Assembly: GCF_009914755.1 (NCBI RefSeq)
Contig: NC_060937.1
DNA from: the human T2T-CHM13v2.0 reference genome, Homo sapiens
Reading direction: 5' to 3' (one strand)
DNA length: 64,000 nucleotides
A program made the position numbers and the translations under genes. The notes under the pieces were generated by a model, which saw only the letters and a program-made list of their open reading frames with translations, searched no databases and was not told the DNA's origin. This document shows, piece by piece, positions 15,406 to 28,445 of this stretch (position 1 is its first letter; each line of letters begins with the position of its first letter).

Positions 15406-16220
15406 ATGGGAAATTTGAGTAAGAATATTTTACCAAAGAAGTCATGCAACTGGCTAATAAGTGCATAATAAAGTACCAAACATCATGAGTCATTAGGGAA
15501 TGCAAATTAAAGCCACAGTTAGGTGCCATTATATATCCATAAGAATGGCTAAAATCAAATAGATGGAAGACACAGAGTATAGGTAATAACATGGAGAAAC
15601 TGAAACTATCATCCATTTTTAATGGGAATATGCAATGCTACATCTACTTTGGAAAACATTTTGGCAGTTTCCTAACAAGTTAAATATAACTGTACCACAC
15701 AGCCCTGTTCCCACTTCTAGGAATTAACACAAGAGAATAGAAATATATGTTTGCACAAAGAATTGCATGTGGATTTTCACAGCAGTATTATTAATCTAAT
15801 AGTCCAATTCAAACGTCCATCAATTTTAAAATGTGATATATCCATTTAATTAAATGCTCTTTGGCAATAAAAACAAGAAAATACTGATATATAATACAGA
15901 ATGAGTGAACCACAAAACATTATCCTAAGTGAAAGAAGCCACACAAAATGAACAAATCTCTATATTGTATGATTCCATTTATATAAGATATCCATAAAAG
16001 GCATATTTATGGAGCTGGCAGATTAGTGGTTGCCTGGGCTTGGAGGTTGAAGCAAAATTGAGTGCAAACAGGTTTAAGGGAATTTTTTTTTGAGTACTGA
16101 AAATGGTCTAAAATTGCTTTGTGGGGATGGTTGCCAACTCTATAAATTTATTGAGAATCATGTAGTTCTACAAATGCAATAGGTAAATTTTGTGGTGTTA
16201 TATAAAATTATACATTAATC
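15406..16220 (+). mobile_element. Old L1M (L1MB/MC-like) 3' end (right part of the split element)
   Basis: ttaccaaagaag...gtcattagggaatgcaaattaaagccac...ctaagtgaaagaagcc...gattagtggttgcctggg. Confidence 0.85.
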
Positions 16221-16239
16221 AAGTTGTATAAAAAGGAAA

Positions 16240-16430
16240 TCTCGGCTTTCTCATCTGTAAAGAAGGGATATATGCAACATAGTGTATGTGTGTATGTGCA
16301 CCCATGCATGCTGTGTGTATGTAAGAAATAAGATAATTCATAGAAACAGCTTTGCACAGTGCTTGATAGTAACAGTGAGTCAATGTTTCAGTGTTTGTCA
16401 TTGTTGCCATTATCATCATCATCGTCATCA
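16240..16430 (+). mobile_element. MIR fragment
   Basis: ttctcatctgtaaa core; gcacagtgcttgatagt tail. Confidence 0.6.
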
Positions 16431-16961
16431 CTGTAATTTTTATATTGAGTTTAACCATATGTCATTTCATCACTCAGACCCCAGTTGCTGTGCTGTGCCA
16501 TGCAGCAGAAAATACTATCCAAGCCAATATAGATCAAAAACACTGAAACTTCATAGTCTCTAACTTTAGCTGAATATTAATGCTTCCTGGGAGCCCTGTG
16601 TCTCTCATTTCTACCTTCTCCAATACTCTACACTCAGGTCTTCAAAACCCCATCTTCCTCCTCTCACTCACTCTGACATGTGAATTTCAACTCCTACTTT
16701 ACAGAGAATGTAATATAGGTGAGGGGATCTCTTTTGAAAATAATTTCTGCATCTACAACTATCTTTCCATCTTCTTTCCTAAGACAGTATCAGAACTGTT
16801 TCTCTTCCTTTTCTTGGGCAGTTCTTACTTCCATGGCCTGATCAAGTTCTCTGACTTTCCCAGGGACTTTACCCCATCTCTTATAATAACTCTACTGTAT
16901 CTTAAATTTGTCTATTTCTTCTTTTTCTTCTTTAGCATTCTCTCATTAATAAACAAAGGCA

Positions 16962-17260
<299 letters not shown>

Positions 17261-17309
17261 AATAAACAAGGCCAAAAAGAAGCATTTGCCAACCCAAAGC
17301 TTCTTCATT

Positions 17310-17750
17310 CTTCATTTAGTCATTCATGCATTCATTGATGTATAAGATACATTTCAATTGAATGCCTACATTGTGCCACATACATAGCAATGGAGCTGGA
17401 GACATCATGGTGAGTAAGAGAGAAATGGCCCTTGTTCTCATGGTACTTACAGTCTAGTAGTGAAGGAGTACTAAAAATAGGAAAATAACTAACTCATTTT
17501 AATTATGCATAAGTATACCAAAGAAAAAATGTCAGAATGCTAAGAGAACATAAAATAGAAGCATTAGGGACAGCTCACTGAAAAAATTATATTTAAATAA
17601 ATTTTGAAGGATGAATAGAGTTTAGAAGGCAGTTGGAGATTTAGGGTAGAAGAGTGGGAAAAGAATTTCTAGCACAGGGGCAAAAATGTACAAATTTCTT
17701 GAAGCTAAACCTATGAAAATAGCTTGGGTTTTGGAATAAACAGGCCTGAT
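17310..17750 (-). mobile_element. L2 3' region
   Basis: cattcatgcattcatt...ttgaatgcctac...ctcatggtacttacagtctagt. Confidence 0.7.
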
Positions 17751-18056
17751 TTGAATCGCAGCTCTGCCACTGGCTTTGTGGCATGGTGTGATCATGAGCA
17801 TTAAGTAATAGAACCCATCTGAAGATCCCAGAGTACAATGGACTCTTATTATCCTACAGGAATAGTTTAATACTTTAAGTCTTGTTATTACTCATGGTAG
17901 CTCTAGTTATTATTACCTCAAGTTTTAAAAGTGAAGTCAGAAACTCACAGGACTTGATTGGCCCAAGGACACAGACTAGTAAGTGTTGAGGCAGATTTTA
18001 AACTAAGCCTTTTTGAGTAAACTATGTTACCATGATACGAATACATAGTAGGTGCT

Positions 18057-18431
18057 TGTATTAGTCCATTCTCATGGTGCTAATAAAGACATACCCGAGA
18101 CTGGGTAATTTATAAAGGAAAAAGGTTTAATTGACTCAGTTCAGCATGACTGGGGAAGCTCAAGAAACTTACAATCATGGAGGAAGGGAAAGCAAACATG
18201 TACTTCTTTACATGGTGACAGGAGGAGAAGTGCTGAGCAAAAGGAGAAAAAGCCCCTTATAAAACCATCAGATCTCATGAGAACTCACTCACTATCACAA
18301 GAACAACAGCATGGGGGTAAGCCCCACCATGATTCAATTACCTTCCACCAGGTCCCTCTGATGACATGGGGGGATTATAGGGACTACAATTCAAGGCGAG
18401 ATTTGGGTGCAATCACGGACAAACCATATTA
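18057..18431 (-). mobile_element. THE1C/D-like solo LTR
   Basis: tgtattagtccattctc...aaaccatatta; TSD gtgct 18052-18056 / 18432-18436, inside an L2/MIR-type tail (catagtaggtgct|caata). Confidence 0.93.
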
Positions 18432-20074
18432 GTGCTCAATATTATTTTTCTTTTCTTCTATCCCTTTATTATTCTCTTCCCTTTGATCTGGTAAGTCTGT
18501 CATCAATTCATTAAAATGCATCACATTCATGCTGTTTTTCCTCGTATAACTTTCTTTTCAATATTATTAGATTAAGATTATTATACTATTATACTATAGT
18601 AGTATTATGGTTAATTTTTCAATGGCTGAAGATATTTTAATTTTCTCTTTACAATTGCTCTCACTTGATACTTCATTTAGCATATTACAGCAACACGTTG
18701 AACTTCGGCTTATTTCTAACATAAACGATATGAACCATAGAAGTATCATCATTTCCACCTCTAACAGGTTGTGAATGTACATTTCTAGATTTTCTGTGTG
18801 ACCTCATTTTCAAAATTTTACTTCTTTATAAAATAGTTATATTTTATGCCTTCATGAAAATAACTAAATGAAAATAACTCATACAGGTATTGCACCTTGT
18901 TTTCAAGATATGCAATTTTTATATAGGAGAGTGAGTCTAGTTTAGTTACTATTTTATGTAACATTTTACATTAATACATTTTAATTGTATAATGTCATCC
19001 ATGATGAACTATGCCAGTAAATTTGCCCATTTTTTATTATGTAGGATGTCATTTAGTCATGGAATCAAAAATATCTTTCTCATGCTAAGATACAGTCTTT
19101 CAAGCCAAGATAAACACCACACGTCCCACTTGTATTTCTTTTATTTATGATACTCATAAAATAGTATGACTACAGATTATACATGGAGTAATTTATATTT
19201 TGCTAATGCAAAATTCTATAAATCATATTGAATATGAATTAAAACTACATTTGTAAGGCAATATTAAAACAGAGAAATAGCAGTAAGTAGCAGACAACTT
19301 CAGGTAGATTTTCTATTCTCTTAATTTCTAAGTTGTAACGAAATCTTCTGAAAGGGTCAGTATCCAATTAAACTCTTGCATTAAACGTTGAATACAGAAT
19401 CAGTTGCTTCTTTGCAGAAAATATGCCTTCTGGAAACTTCTATAATGCATGTCAAGTTATAGGATAAAAAAAGCCCATTTGTTATCCTAGTTCAGAAATA
19501 ATTGCTTGCCATTAGGTTGGTGAGAACGTAAATTTTACTCATTTCTGTCAGCTAGCTTGTCACCTTCCTAAACTCCATCTCCATCTGCCCCTCCAGTGAC
19601 AAGCTGAATATTATTTAGCCTTCCACCAGAACGATAATGACTCGTAAATGTAAATTTCACTGAAATCACACGTGGGGAAACATTTATTAACTTATTTTTT
19701 TAGAAATAGACAAATCTGATGGCTTGATTTTTGTTCAGCAATGTTACATATAAAAAATCTCCCCAAACCCATTTGCTATTCTTGTTAAAATGGTGTAAAC
19801 ATTATTGACTTTTTCCTTTTTTGCAAGAATTATACATGGACTTGGCTGTAAAGCCTTAGACATTACAGTGTCACAGAAGGGGTACTTACTATGCCTTCCT
19901 CTAGGATGGGGGAAAGGGGAGTGGAAAAAGCCACCTGCATGTGCCCTTGTGCCAGAATTCTTGTCTGTAAACCCAGAAGCCACATTTTAGCACTACAGTC
20001 TATGACTGGAGGGAAAATATTTAATAAAAATAGCTATTTCCAAAGCACCTACTGTTTTTGTTTTTCTCCCTCTA

Positions 20075-20520
20075 ACATTCACCAAGTCCTTACTATCTGC
20101 CAAGCTCAGTTTTAAGTAATGTACAAGGGTTAAATCATTTTAATCTTCACAACAGCTCTTTGCAATAGATACTGTTATAATGCCCATTTTGCAGATGAAA
20201 AAACTGAGGCACAGAGAGGTCTCTCTCTCTCTCACACACGCATACACACACACACACACACGCACACACACACAGCTGGTGAAGAGTGAAGCCAGAATTT
20301 GAACCCTGGCAATCTGGTCTGGTGGAGCTACTGTCTTACAGGCAACATGTTGTAGCTTTTAATGGATTATCTTATTCAGTCATGAGAAAAACCTAAACAG
20401 GCAGGATGAGAAAACTGATGCTGAAAAAGGTTAGACAATATTCACGAGGACACACAACTAATGCAACTAATAAGTGGTAAAGTAATGCCTGTCTGATGCT
20501 AAAGCACATGCTCAAATGCT
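20075..20520 (-). mobile_element. Two adjacent MIRs, the first with an embedded (CT)n(CA)n microsatellite
   Basis: cccattttgcagatgaaaaaactgaggcacagagaggt; second core gatgagaaaactgatgct. Confidence 0.75.
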
Positions 20521-20756
20521 TCCTGACATAATAAGACCTGCTGGCTCACCTGCCCATACCCTGTGAGGCAGCTCCCTTCTGCTGAGGGACAAGGCAGGAA
20601 AACCTCACAGAGCTACTGTCGCTGCTACATTCTATCCCATTCCTGGCAAAATCTTATTGGAGACAGAAGAACTGGCCAGTGCATATTCACTGCTGTGTCA
20701 CCCTGGTTCTGGGAAAAGAGGAAGATAAGAGAGGGAGCTGAGCACAGTAGTGCCAA

Positions 20757-20758
<2 letters not shown>

Positions 20759-20797
<39 letters not shown>
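20759..20797. repeat. Uninterrupted T39 homopolymer
   Basis: Direct count. Confidence 0.95.
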
Positions 20798-20798
<1 letters not shown>

Positions 20799-21929
20799 TA
20801 TCAGGTACATTTGTTGTTATGCACATTCAACCTATTCATCTAGATATTTCAAAAAAAAAAAGGCAACAGTTTTTCTATAAAGATAGGAAATCCTTGCACA
20901 TTAGTCTTACATTTACCCTTGAGGATAAGAATTCTTGCTGATAAGAAGAGAGCTATAAAATATGGATACCATGTCTCAAGTATTTAAGGATAAAGCGATA
21001 AACATGCAGATGGAGCCATTAATGAACATTAATTGCTTTAAATTAGGTTTTATTGTGCAGTGGGTAAATTGGAAAGTACACATTTGCATTGGTAATAGAA
21101 AATTAATTTAAATGCTTCAGGAAGCAAAATATCACCTGATGTGCTAAAACCTGTTATTTGTGGTAGACCTAAAAGGAAACTTGAAGGGCACTGTGTATTC
21201 AAATAAAATAAAATAAACTAAGCTGGAGGCACACATATTTGTGAGAATCTTCTTAGGTATAAACCCTATATGGATATTGAGTTTGTCTAGGCCAAGAAAG
21301 GTCCAGATGGTGACTGGTTTAATGTTACATGTTTACTGCACTGTGTTGCCAGAGAGTGGTGGCACTGTAGTGCACTGTGCAACTGTAAATCTAGGAGTTA
21401 GATGGGCCCTCAGGAGGTAATTGGATCCTTCCTTCTCCCTCCAGGAAAGACATGTCTTGAAATCTTTCAGGACAGATTGTTGCCTACCCAAGTGTTCGAA
21501 GCACTTGGAGGGAAAATGCTGCACCTTCCTCAATGGCCCATTTTTCTAGCCGGAACCCATCTGAGCTCACATTGAGGAAGGCTTCCTTTAAGTCTCTTCA
21601 ACAATGGCTTAAACTCATATCTTCTTATTTAATTTCTAAAGAGTTGGTAACCAGGGCATATGCATGGTTTGGTGGTTCTTCAACTTTCCTACTCCTGGAT
21701 AGAAGTAAACTTTTTTCTTCTCTTTAGTACTTTTTTCTTTTCATTTGATCTTCTTACCATTGTTTTGCTCTGGATCCTGCTGTAGAACAGACAGTGTTTA
21801 AAATAGTAAAAATTCTCTAGTAAAAGAACTACGTAATAAAGACCCTCTGTTCTAAGGCTAAAGTGGTAGGAAATTGTCATTATAGTTGCTATATTGACTT
21901 AGTTGTGCAGCTGTTTCTTAAGACAGAGG

Positions 21930-22740
21930 AGAACATGAGTGGGTTTTGAGGAAGAAGAGGAAATTAAGGCTTAAGTAGCCTAAAATACACTGGTGTGGAG
22001 TTCAGGAGACAAATAGGGGCTAGAAATTTAAATTTGAGGACCACCAGTTTTTAGATTATTTTTAAAGCCATGAAATTGGATGAGATGACCTAAGGAGTAA
22101 ATGTAAAAAAGTGAAGTTAATATAAAAAGTGCCTCAGGGCACTTTGACATTTAGAAGTCTGAAAAGAGGGACAACTCAGTAAAGAAGACTAAGAAGGAGC
22201 AAGGTCAGAGATAAAAAAGAAAAATTAGAAGCATGTGGCATCCTGGAAACCAAATAAAGAAAATGTTTTCAGAAGATGGGAGTGGCTAGCTGTGTTTAAT
22301 GCTGCTTAGAGGTTGAGGTTGAGTGAGAGGAGGTTCTCACTGGCCTTGGCAAAAGCATTTTTAGTAGGTAATAGGGACAAAAGTCTGTTTGAGGTAGATT
22401 CAAGAGAGAATGGCAGATGAAAAGCAGGGCTAGTGAATATAGACATCTTTTTTGGGAGTTTAATGTAAAGAGGAACAGAGAACAGGGTGAGAGCAGAGGG
22501 GATCGTGAGATCAAGAGTAATTTTTTTTAAAGGCATGAGATCTTATAGCAAGAATGTATACTAGCGGGAATAATTCAATAGAAAGGAGAAATGGTGATGC
22601 TGGAGAGAAAGGAGGTTCCAGGGAGAGGATGGAATACAAACTACAAGAGTGGTATTGATCCTAGATTCATCCAGGGAGAGTTCATCTATGGTTATTGGTT
22701 GGAAGTCAGGTTGTATGAGTACAGATGAAGGTAAGCCTAG
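21930..22740 (-). mobile_element. L2 internal fragment
   Basis: ggagttcaggag...aagccatgaaattggatgagatgacctaaggag...ggcatcctggaaaccaa. Confidence 0.72.
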
Positions 22741-23542
22741 AGATTTAATCAAATAAAATATTGAACTGTTCTTTTTATATTTTTGAATTAAATTTTGATT
22801 TCCTGGAATGAAATATTTTCTTATACTTTAAGACAAAACATTGGCCCTTGGAAGAGGACCTGTCCTACCAAATGGACAATGACTGGCCAACAGAGATGGA
22901 AAATGTTTTGCATCTGTGCAGCCAGAGGTCCTGCAAGTGCTTTCTGCTGGGCAGACACAGCTGTGCTTCTTGGGGGCCTACTGCTGATATTCCCCTCTGG
23001 CTGCTCCTTGACCATGTCTCTGATACCTGGGATTAGGTCTCCAGTGCAACCAATGGCAGGCTATGAATTTTAGTAGCTTTAGGGACAGGCTTTACTTTAC
23101 TGAACACTTAGGGGTAATGAAAGTACACCACTGGAGAGTAACTTACAAATATGACTAGAAGGGACCCCCTCAGCCTAAACCTGACCTCAAGAGAATTTTT
23201 GCTACAGCAGCTGCCTACCTGCTTCCACACAGGTTGGAGCCAGCTAGTTCTCCTCATTGTTAGGAATGCTCCAAGTGTCATCAGAGCTTTGTGTACAGGC
23301 TTGGATGCCTTTACCCCACCCTCCCAAATTCTTTTGAACCCAAATCAGAAGGAAGTCTCTTCTCCCTTACATATTTCAAAGATGGCTCATTTCCTACACC
23401 AGTATTTACCCTCTTCCCAGTGTGATTGAGAGTGGCAATTCCCTTCAACTGAAGTTATGCCCAACTAACTACAAAGATGTATCCTGGATCCATGTCCAGG
23501 ATTGACCTATGGTAGGACAGTTACCATAAATCAGTTGCCAAG

Positions 23543-23945
23543 TATATTCATGTGCTAGGGCTACTGTAACGAAGCACCACAGACTGGGTGACTTAAATAA
23601 CAGACATGTATTTTTCTCACAGCTTTGGAGGCTAGAAACTCAAGATCAGGGTGTTAGCAAGGTTGGTTCCTTCTGAGGGCTGGGAGGAGGATCTGTTCCA
23701 GGCCCCTCTCCTTGACTTACAGATGGCCTTCATGTTCTCTTGGTGTTCTCCCTGTGTATGTGCCTGTGTCCAAATTTCCCCCTTTTATAAGGACACTAGT
23801 TATATTGAATTAGGGCCTACCCTAATCACCTCATTTTAATTTAATCATCTCTTCAAAGACTCTCCAAATAAGGTCACATTCTGAGGTAGGATGGGTTAAG
23901 ACCTCAGCATATGAGTTTTGGAAGGGCATGATTCAGTTCCTAACA
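23543..23945 (-). mobile_element. MLT1B-like MaLR LTR
   Basis: gctagggctactgtaac...ggttccttctgagggctg...ttagggcctaccctaat; TSD ccaag/ccgag. Confidence 0.88.
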
Positions 23946-24049
23946 CCGAGTTATGATTTATTCAATCTTAAAAATATATTTTTAACACACTAATACCTAA
24001 AAACAAAATAGTGGTTTTAAAAGTTAGAATATTGCATGACATGATGAAA

Positions 24050-26100
24050 TCAATACTCTCCTGCTCCACCAGCTCCATCTGCAATATTTGCTCCCTAACA
24101 GTAGCCACATTCAAATATTTATTCTTCTGTCATTTATTCCCATATTTCTAAATACCATGCTCAGACTGCTATTAATTTTCATGATAAATATTCTGCATTG
24201 GCTCCAAAGTATGGAATATGAAGATTTTGCTCTCTTGTGTCTTCTTATACACAATACCTGTCCACTCCCAATACAGATGTATTACCAAATGGTTAGTCAA
24301 TGTTTACTTTATTATGACTATGTATTGTTCACAGCTGATCCACAAGGACATCATATTTCCTTTCTTGTACTATATTTTATTGTATGTACAGCTTAAAATT
24401 ACTTTGTTACTTTGCTTAATTTTTGTGCCTGTCACTAATTCATCCCCAAACATTCTCCCAATATTTCAAACTCCTGTCAGTATGGTCAAACATAGAAGGT
24501 CATCTCAAGAGCCTGCGTGTTTCCTTGGCAACCCCTCTCCAGCAGCCCTCCATCTCCAACCTCAGCTGTGGACTCCAAGACTATTTCATAGTGATATCCT
24601 GGAGCTTTCCTTCAGATTCATCCTTTGAAGTCTGTTCATTGCTCTCCTATGTTGGATCCCCCACCTCCTGGATCTCAATCCTTCTTTCTTGGTTGACTCC
24701 TTCATTTTGATGGGGGCACATACTCCAACCGCTTCCTGAGAAAGAGGGCATGGGGGATAACTGTTTGAAGACTTGGAATATCTGAATATGACTTTAGTTT
24801 ACCCTTGTAAATAACTGATAATTCACTTACCTGATAATTCACAATTATGGATGGTAAATCATATTCCCTGAGTATTGTAGAGGCACTCTTTTATCTTCTT
24901 CTATCTTTTAGTGTTTCTAATGAGACTCTTGGTTCAGCTTAGACTTTTGACCTTATGAGGGTGTATTCATTTCGTCTGGTTGTTGTAACAAATGACAACA
25001 CTGGGTGGTTTAAAGCAACAGAAATTTGTTGTCTCATAGTTCTGGAGGCCAGAGCCTGAAATTAGCAACATTGGGCTGAAATCAAGATGTCAACAGGGCC
25101 ATGCTCCTTCCAGAGGCTCTAGAGGAGAACCCTCTCCTTTCTTTTTCCAGTTTTAGGTAGCTGCCAGCCTTCCTACGCTGGTGGCCATATCACATCAGTC
25201 TTCAAGGCCAGCATCTTTAAGTCTCTCTGCTAAACCTTCACATCACTTTCTCCTCTGTGTGTGTTAAATCTTTCTTTGCCTCTCTCATAAGGAGGCTTAT
25301 GATGGCTCTTAGGGTCCGCCTGATAATCCAGGATAATCTCCTCATTTTGTGATTCTTAACTTAATCACATTTGCAAAGATCCTTTTCCCAATTAAGATAA
25401 CATTTACAGGTTCTAGAAATTAGGAACCGATATCTTCGGGTAGCTATTATTCAGCCATATATAGGAAGTAAACTGGTATTTCATTCCTTTTAGCTGTTAG
25501 AATCTCTTCTCTTTGAAATTTCAAAATGAAGTGTTTAGTCTTCATCAATCATTTTGTTTTGTAGGCAATTAGAGGGCAATTTAATCTATAATTTCATGTT
25601 CTTTATTTCAGGGGTATTTTCTTTATTGATTTTTGAACTTAATTCTCCTATATTTTCCCTGTTCTCTTTTTAAAGAATTCCTCTAGTCAGTTGTCGTTTT
25701 TCCTGGGTTCTCCTAGGTGGATTCCCTAATTCACTTAAATCTTCTGTTGTGTTTTCTGTTTCTTGAATTTTTTGTTCCAGTTTCTGAGATATTTCTTCAA
25801 TTTATCTCTTCTAACCCTTCTGCTGATATTAAAATGTTATTATCTAATTTAGTGTTCTTCCTTATGCCATCTCAATTCTTGTTTCACGACCACAGTATTT
25901 TTTCATTTCTTAGGCATGATTATTTAAATTAGATTTTGAACTTTCTGTATCATCTTTTTTTCCAAGTACTTTAAAAAATATATTTTTTCCCCTCTTTCTT
26001 TCATTTGAGAAGATTGCTTCAAATGTCTGGATATTTGCTTATATTTCACGGTGAGGTGATAAAAACTTAAAAGCCAATCACAATGTGAGTCAGCATTTTT
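24050..26100 (-). mobile_element. Highly diverged L1ME-like 5'/ORF1 region, interrupted by an MLT1 LTR
   Basis: T-rich strand with antisense ORF1-like motifs (ttcctgagaaagagggcatggg, tttgaaatttcaaaatgaagtgt). Confidence 0.5.
24962..25460 (-). mobile_element. MLT1D/E-like MaLR LTR
   Basis: gcaacagaaatt...gttctggaggccag...gataatccaggataatctc...cttaatcacatttgcaaag. Confidence 0.85.
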
Positions 26101-26106
26101 GCTGGG

Positions 26107-26473
26107 TGATATGGTTTGTATTTGTATCCCTACCCAATCTTGTGTCGAATTGTAATCCCCATTGTTGGAGGAGAATGGGAGGTGACTGGATCATGGGTGT
26201 GGCTTCCCCTTGCTGTTTTCATGATACTGAGTGAGTTCTCATGAGATCTGGTTGTTTGTGGAAACGTCTCCTTCCCTTTCTTTCCCCTGCTCCCCCCATG
26301 TAAAACAGGCCTGCTTCCCCTTCACCTTCCGCCATGATTGTGTGTTTCCTGAGGCCTCCCAAGCCATGCTTCCTGTACAGCCTGTGGAACCGTGAGCCAA
26401 TTAAACCTCTTTTCTTTATAAATTATCCAGTCCCAGGAGGTTCTTTATAACAATGCAAGAACAGACTAATACA
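26107..26473 (+). mobile_element. MSTA-like MaLR solo LTR
   Basis: tgatatggtttg...gactaataca; TSD ctggg/ctgtg. Confidence 0.9.
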
Positions 26474-28155
26474 CTGTGAAACCTCCAAAGGTCAATTTCT
26501 CCAGTCTTTTTTTGTTTCATATAGGTGGTCCTTCTCAGAGAGGATTTAATCCCCCGGGCTTCTCCTGGGGGTGTGAGCCAGGCTACTAGCACTCTGGGAA
26601 CAGGGGGAAGTTAAGGGGCTAGGATTCTCCTTCATGAGCCGACTCTCACATCGTCCCTCTATTAGACGTTTCCTCCATGGCCCTCACATGGACTCGTTGT
26701 TGTTGAGTTCGCCTCACTGATTCATTCTCAGCAGAAAGTAAATATCCCTTATTCAGCTGGGGGATGCTGGAGACACATGGAACCTCCAGTTCTGAGCCTT
26801 TTTGTGATTCTGCAGTGGTCCACTGCTCACTTCTTCATCTAGCCCTATCTCTGTTCCTCCTCCTATGCGTCATACACTTATGTTTCAGCTCTGATTTCAA
26901 AAATTGTGTTGATGCCTGTCACTTGCTTTGGTCTCCTCTCACATTCTCAAGAGAAAGATTTTTGTGAGTTTATGCCCTTTTCATCCCTTTACAGTTCTCT
27001 CTGTCATGTTTCAGGAGGAGAGATAAATGCATGGCTTTCACTTACTATGTTTAACATTAGTCGGAAATAACAGTAAATGCAGTAGATCATCCATTCCAGC
27101 TTTTGCTGTGCTGTGCTCAGTCTAAGTTCAGGCCTGCAAACCTTTATTACAGGAGTCCAGTCTCCACTCCTGATCTTTGAAAAGCTAATGTTTGGACAAG
27201 AATGCGAACAGAAACGAAACATAATATACATGCACAAATACACCCACTCTCCCAGTATGAATTATAGTTTTAAGTATAAATTTAATTTTAAAATTTAGAT
27301 CACCCTAAATCTCTATCTAAACCCAGATTTAGAGAAAATCAAGAACTACATTTTCTGATTTTGAGATGAATATATATATGTGACATATATATTTATATGT
27401 GAACATATATGTATGCATGTATATATGTTACATTTAAATATATATTTATGTCATATTTATATATGTCACATTTGTTTATATATGTGTGTTTGTCGCTCAA
27501 TTTTCAATATAAAAAGATATATTTATTTTTGTTTCATTCAGAAGAAAGAGCATTTGGGTTATTTCATTGAGTGTAGGGCTTCCTCAAGAAACAAATGGGT
27601 GGGAATATTGTCATATCTGTGGAATGACAATGTCCTACTGGAGGGTTCTCTCCCAAAGGCATATTGAATTTTACCTTTGGAATCTTCTGCCATTTGGAAT
27701 AACTGTTTTTCCAGTTTCAAAACAATGTAAGACCCTCTGCATATTGAGTTACATGACAATGTTTTAAGAAAAAGTGTGAGGCAGGAAAGATTATTGTAAG
27801 GCAAAAAATGAGGATTGGAGTTGGATTTGGAAATCAGCCTGAGGCAGCTTGAAGTACTGACCTCTCTAGTTTTCACATGGTCTCTCCCTGTGATGTCACT
27901 TATTTCTGTATGCCTGCATCCCCCTTTTGATTAACTGTCAACCTACTGTATCCACCAGTAGGATTCCTGGAGTGAGCCAGTCTGTTTGGGTAGCTCTGGA
28001 TCATTGTCTGATTGGGCAGTGATCTGTGCTCCTGGCCACCCTATAGGGTCAGTCAGCCTAGAGATGAGTTCCCCTCAGGTCACTTGATCATCCTTGGTCC
28101 AGTAAGATCCACCCGTGCACAGGCAGCCCAGAACTGCTTCTTGGAACAGGGTCCC

Positions 28156-28445
28156 TGTTAGTTTGCTAGGGCTGTCATAACAAATCTCCACAGACCAGGT
28201 GGCTTAAGCAACAGAAAATCATTTTCTTACAATTCTGGATGCTGGGAGTTTGAGATTAATGTGTCAACAGGGTTGATTTCTTATGAGGCCTCTCTCCTTG
28301 GTGTGTAGATGGCCATCGTTCCCTATATCTTCACATGGGGTCTTCTCTTTGTGAGTCTAGATCTGAATTTCCTCTTCTTATAATGAGATACTGGAGGTAA
28401 GGACTTCATTGTATGAATTTTGGAAAGACATTATGTAACCCCTAA
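28156..28445 (-). mobile_element. MLT1A0-like LTR with internal deletion
   Basis: gtttgctagggctgtcataaca...gaggcctctctccttggtgtgtagatggcc. Confidence 0.82.

Noticed and set aside
23481-23502. 8-bp inverted repeat atcctgga...tccaggat
   Set aside because: Too short; expected by chance in 64 kb.
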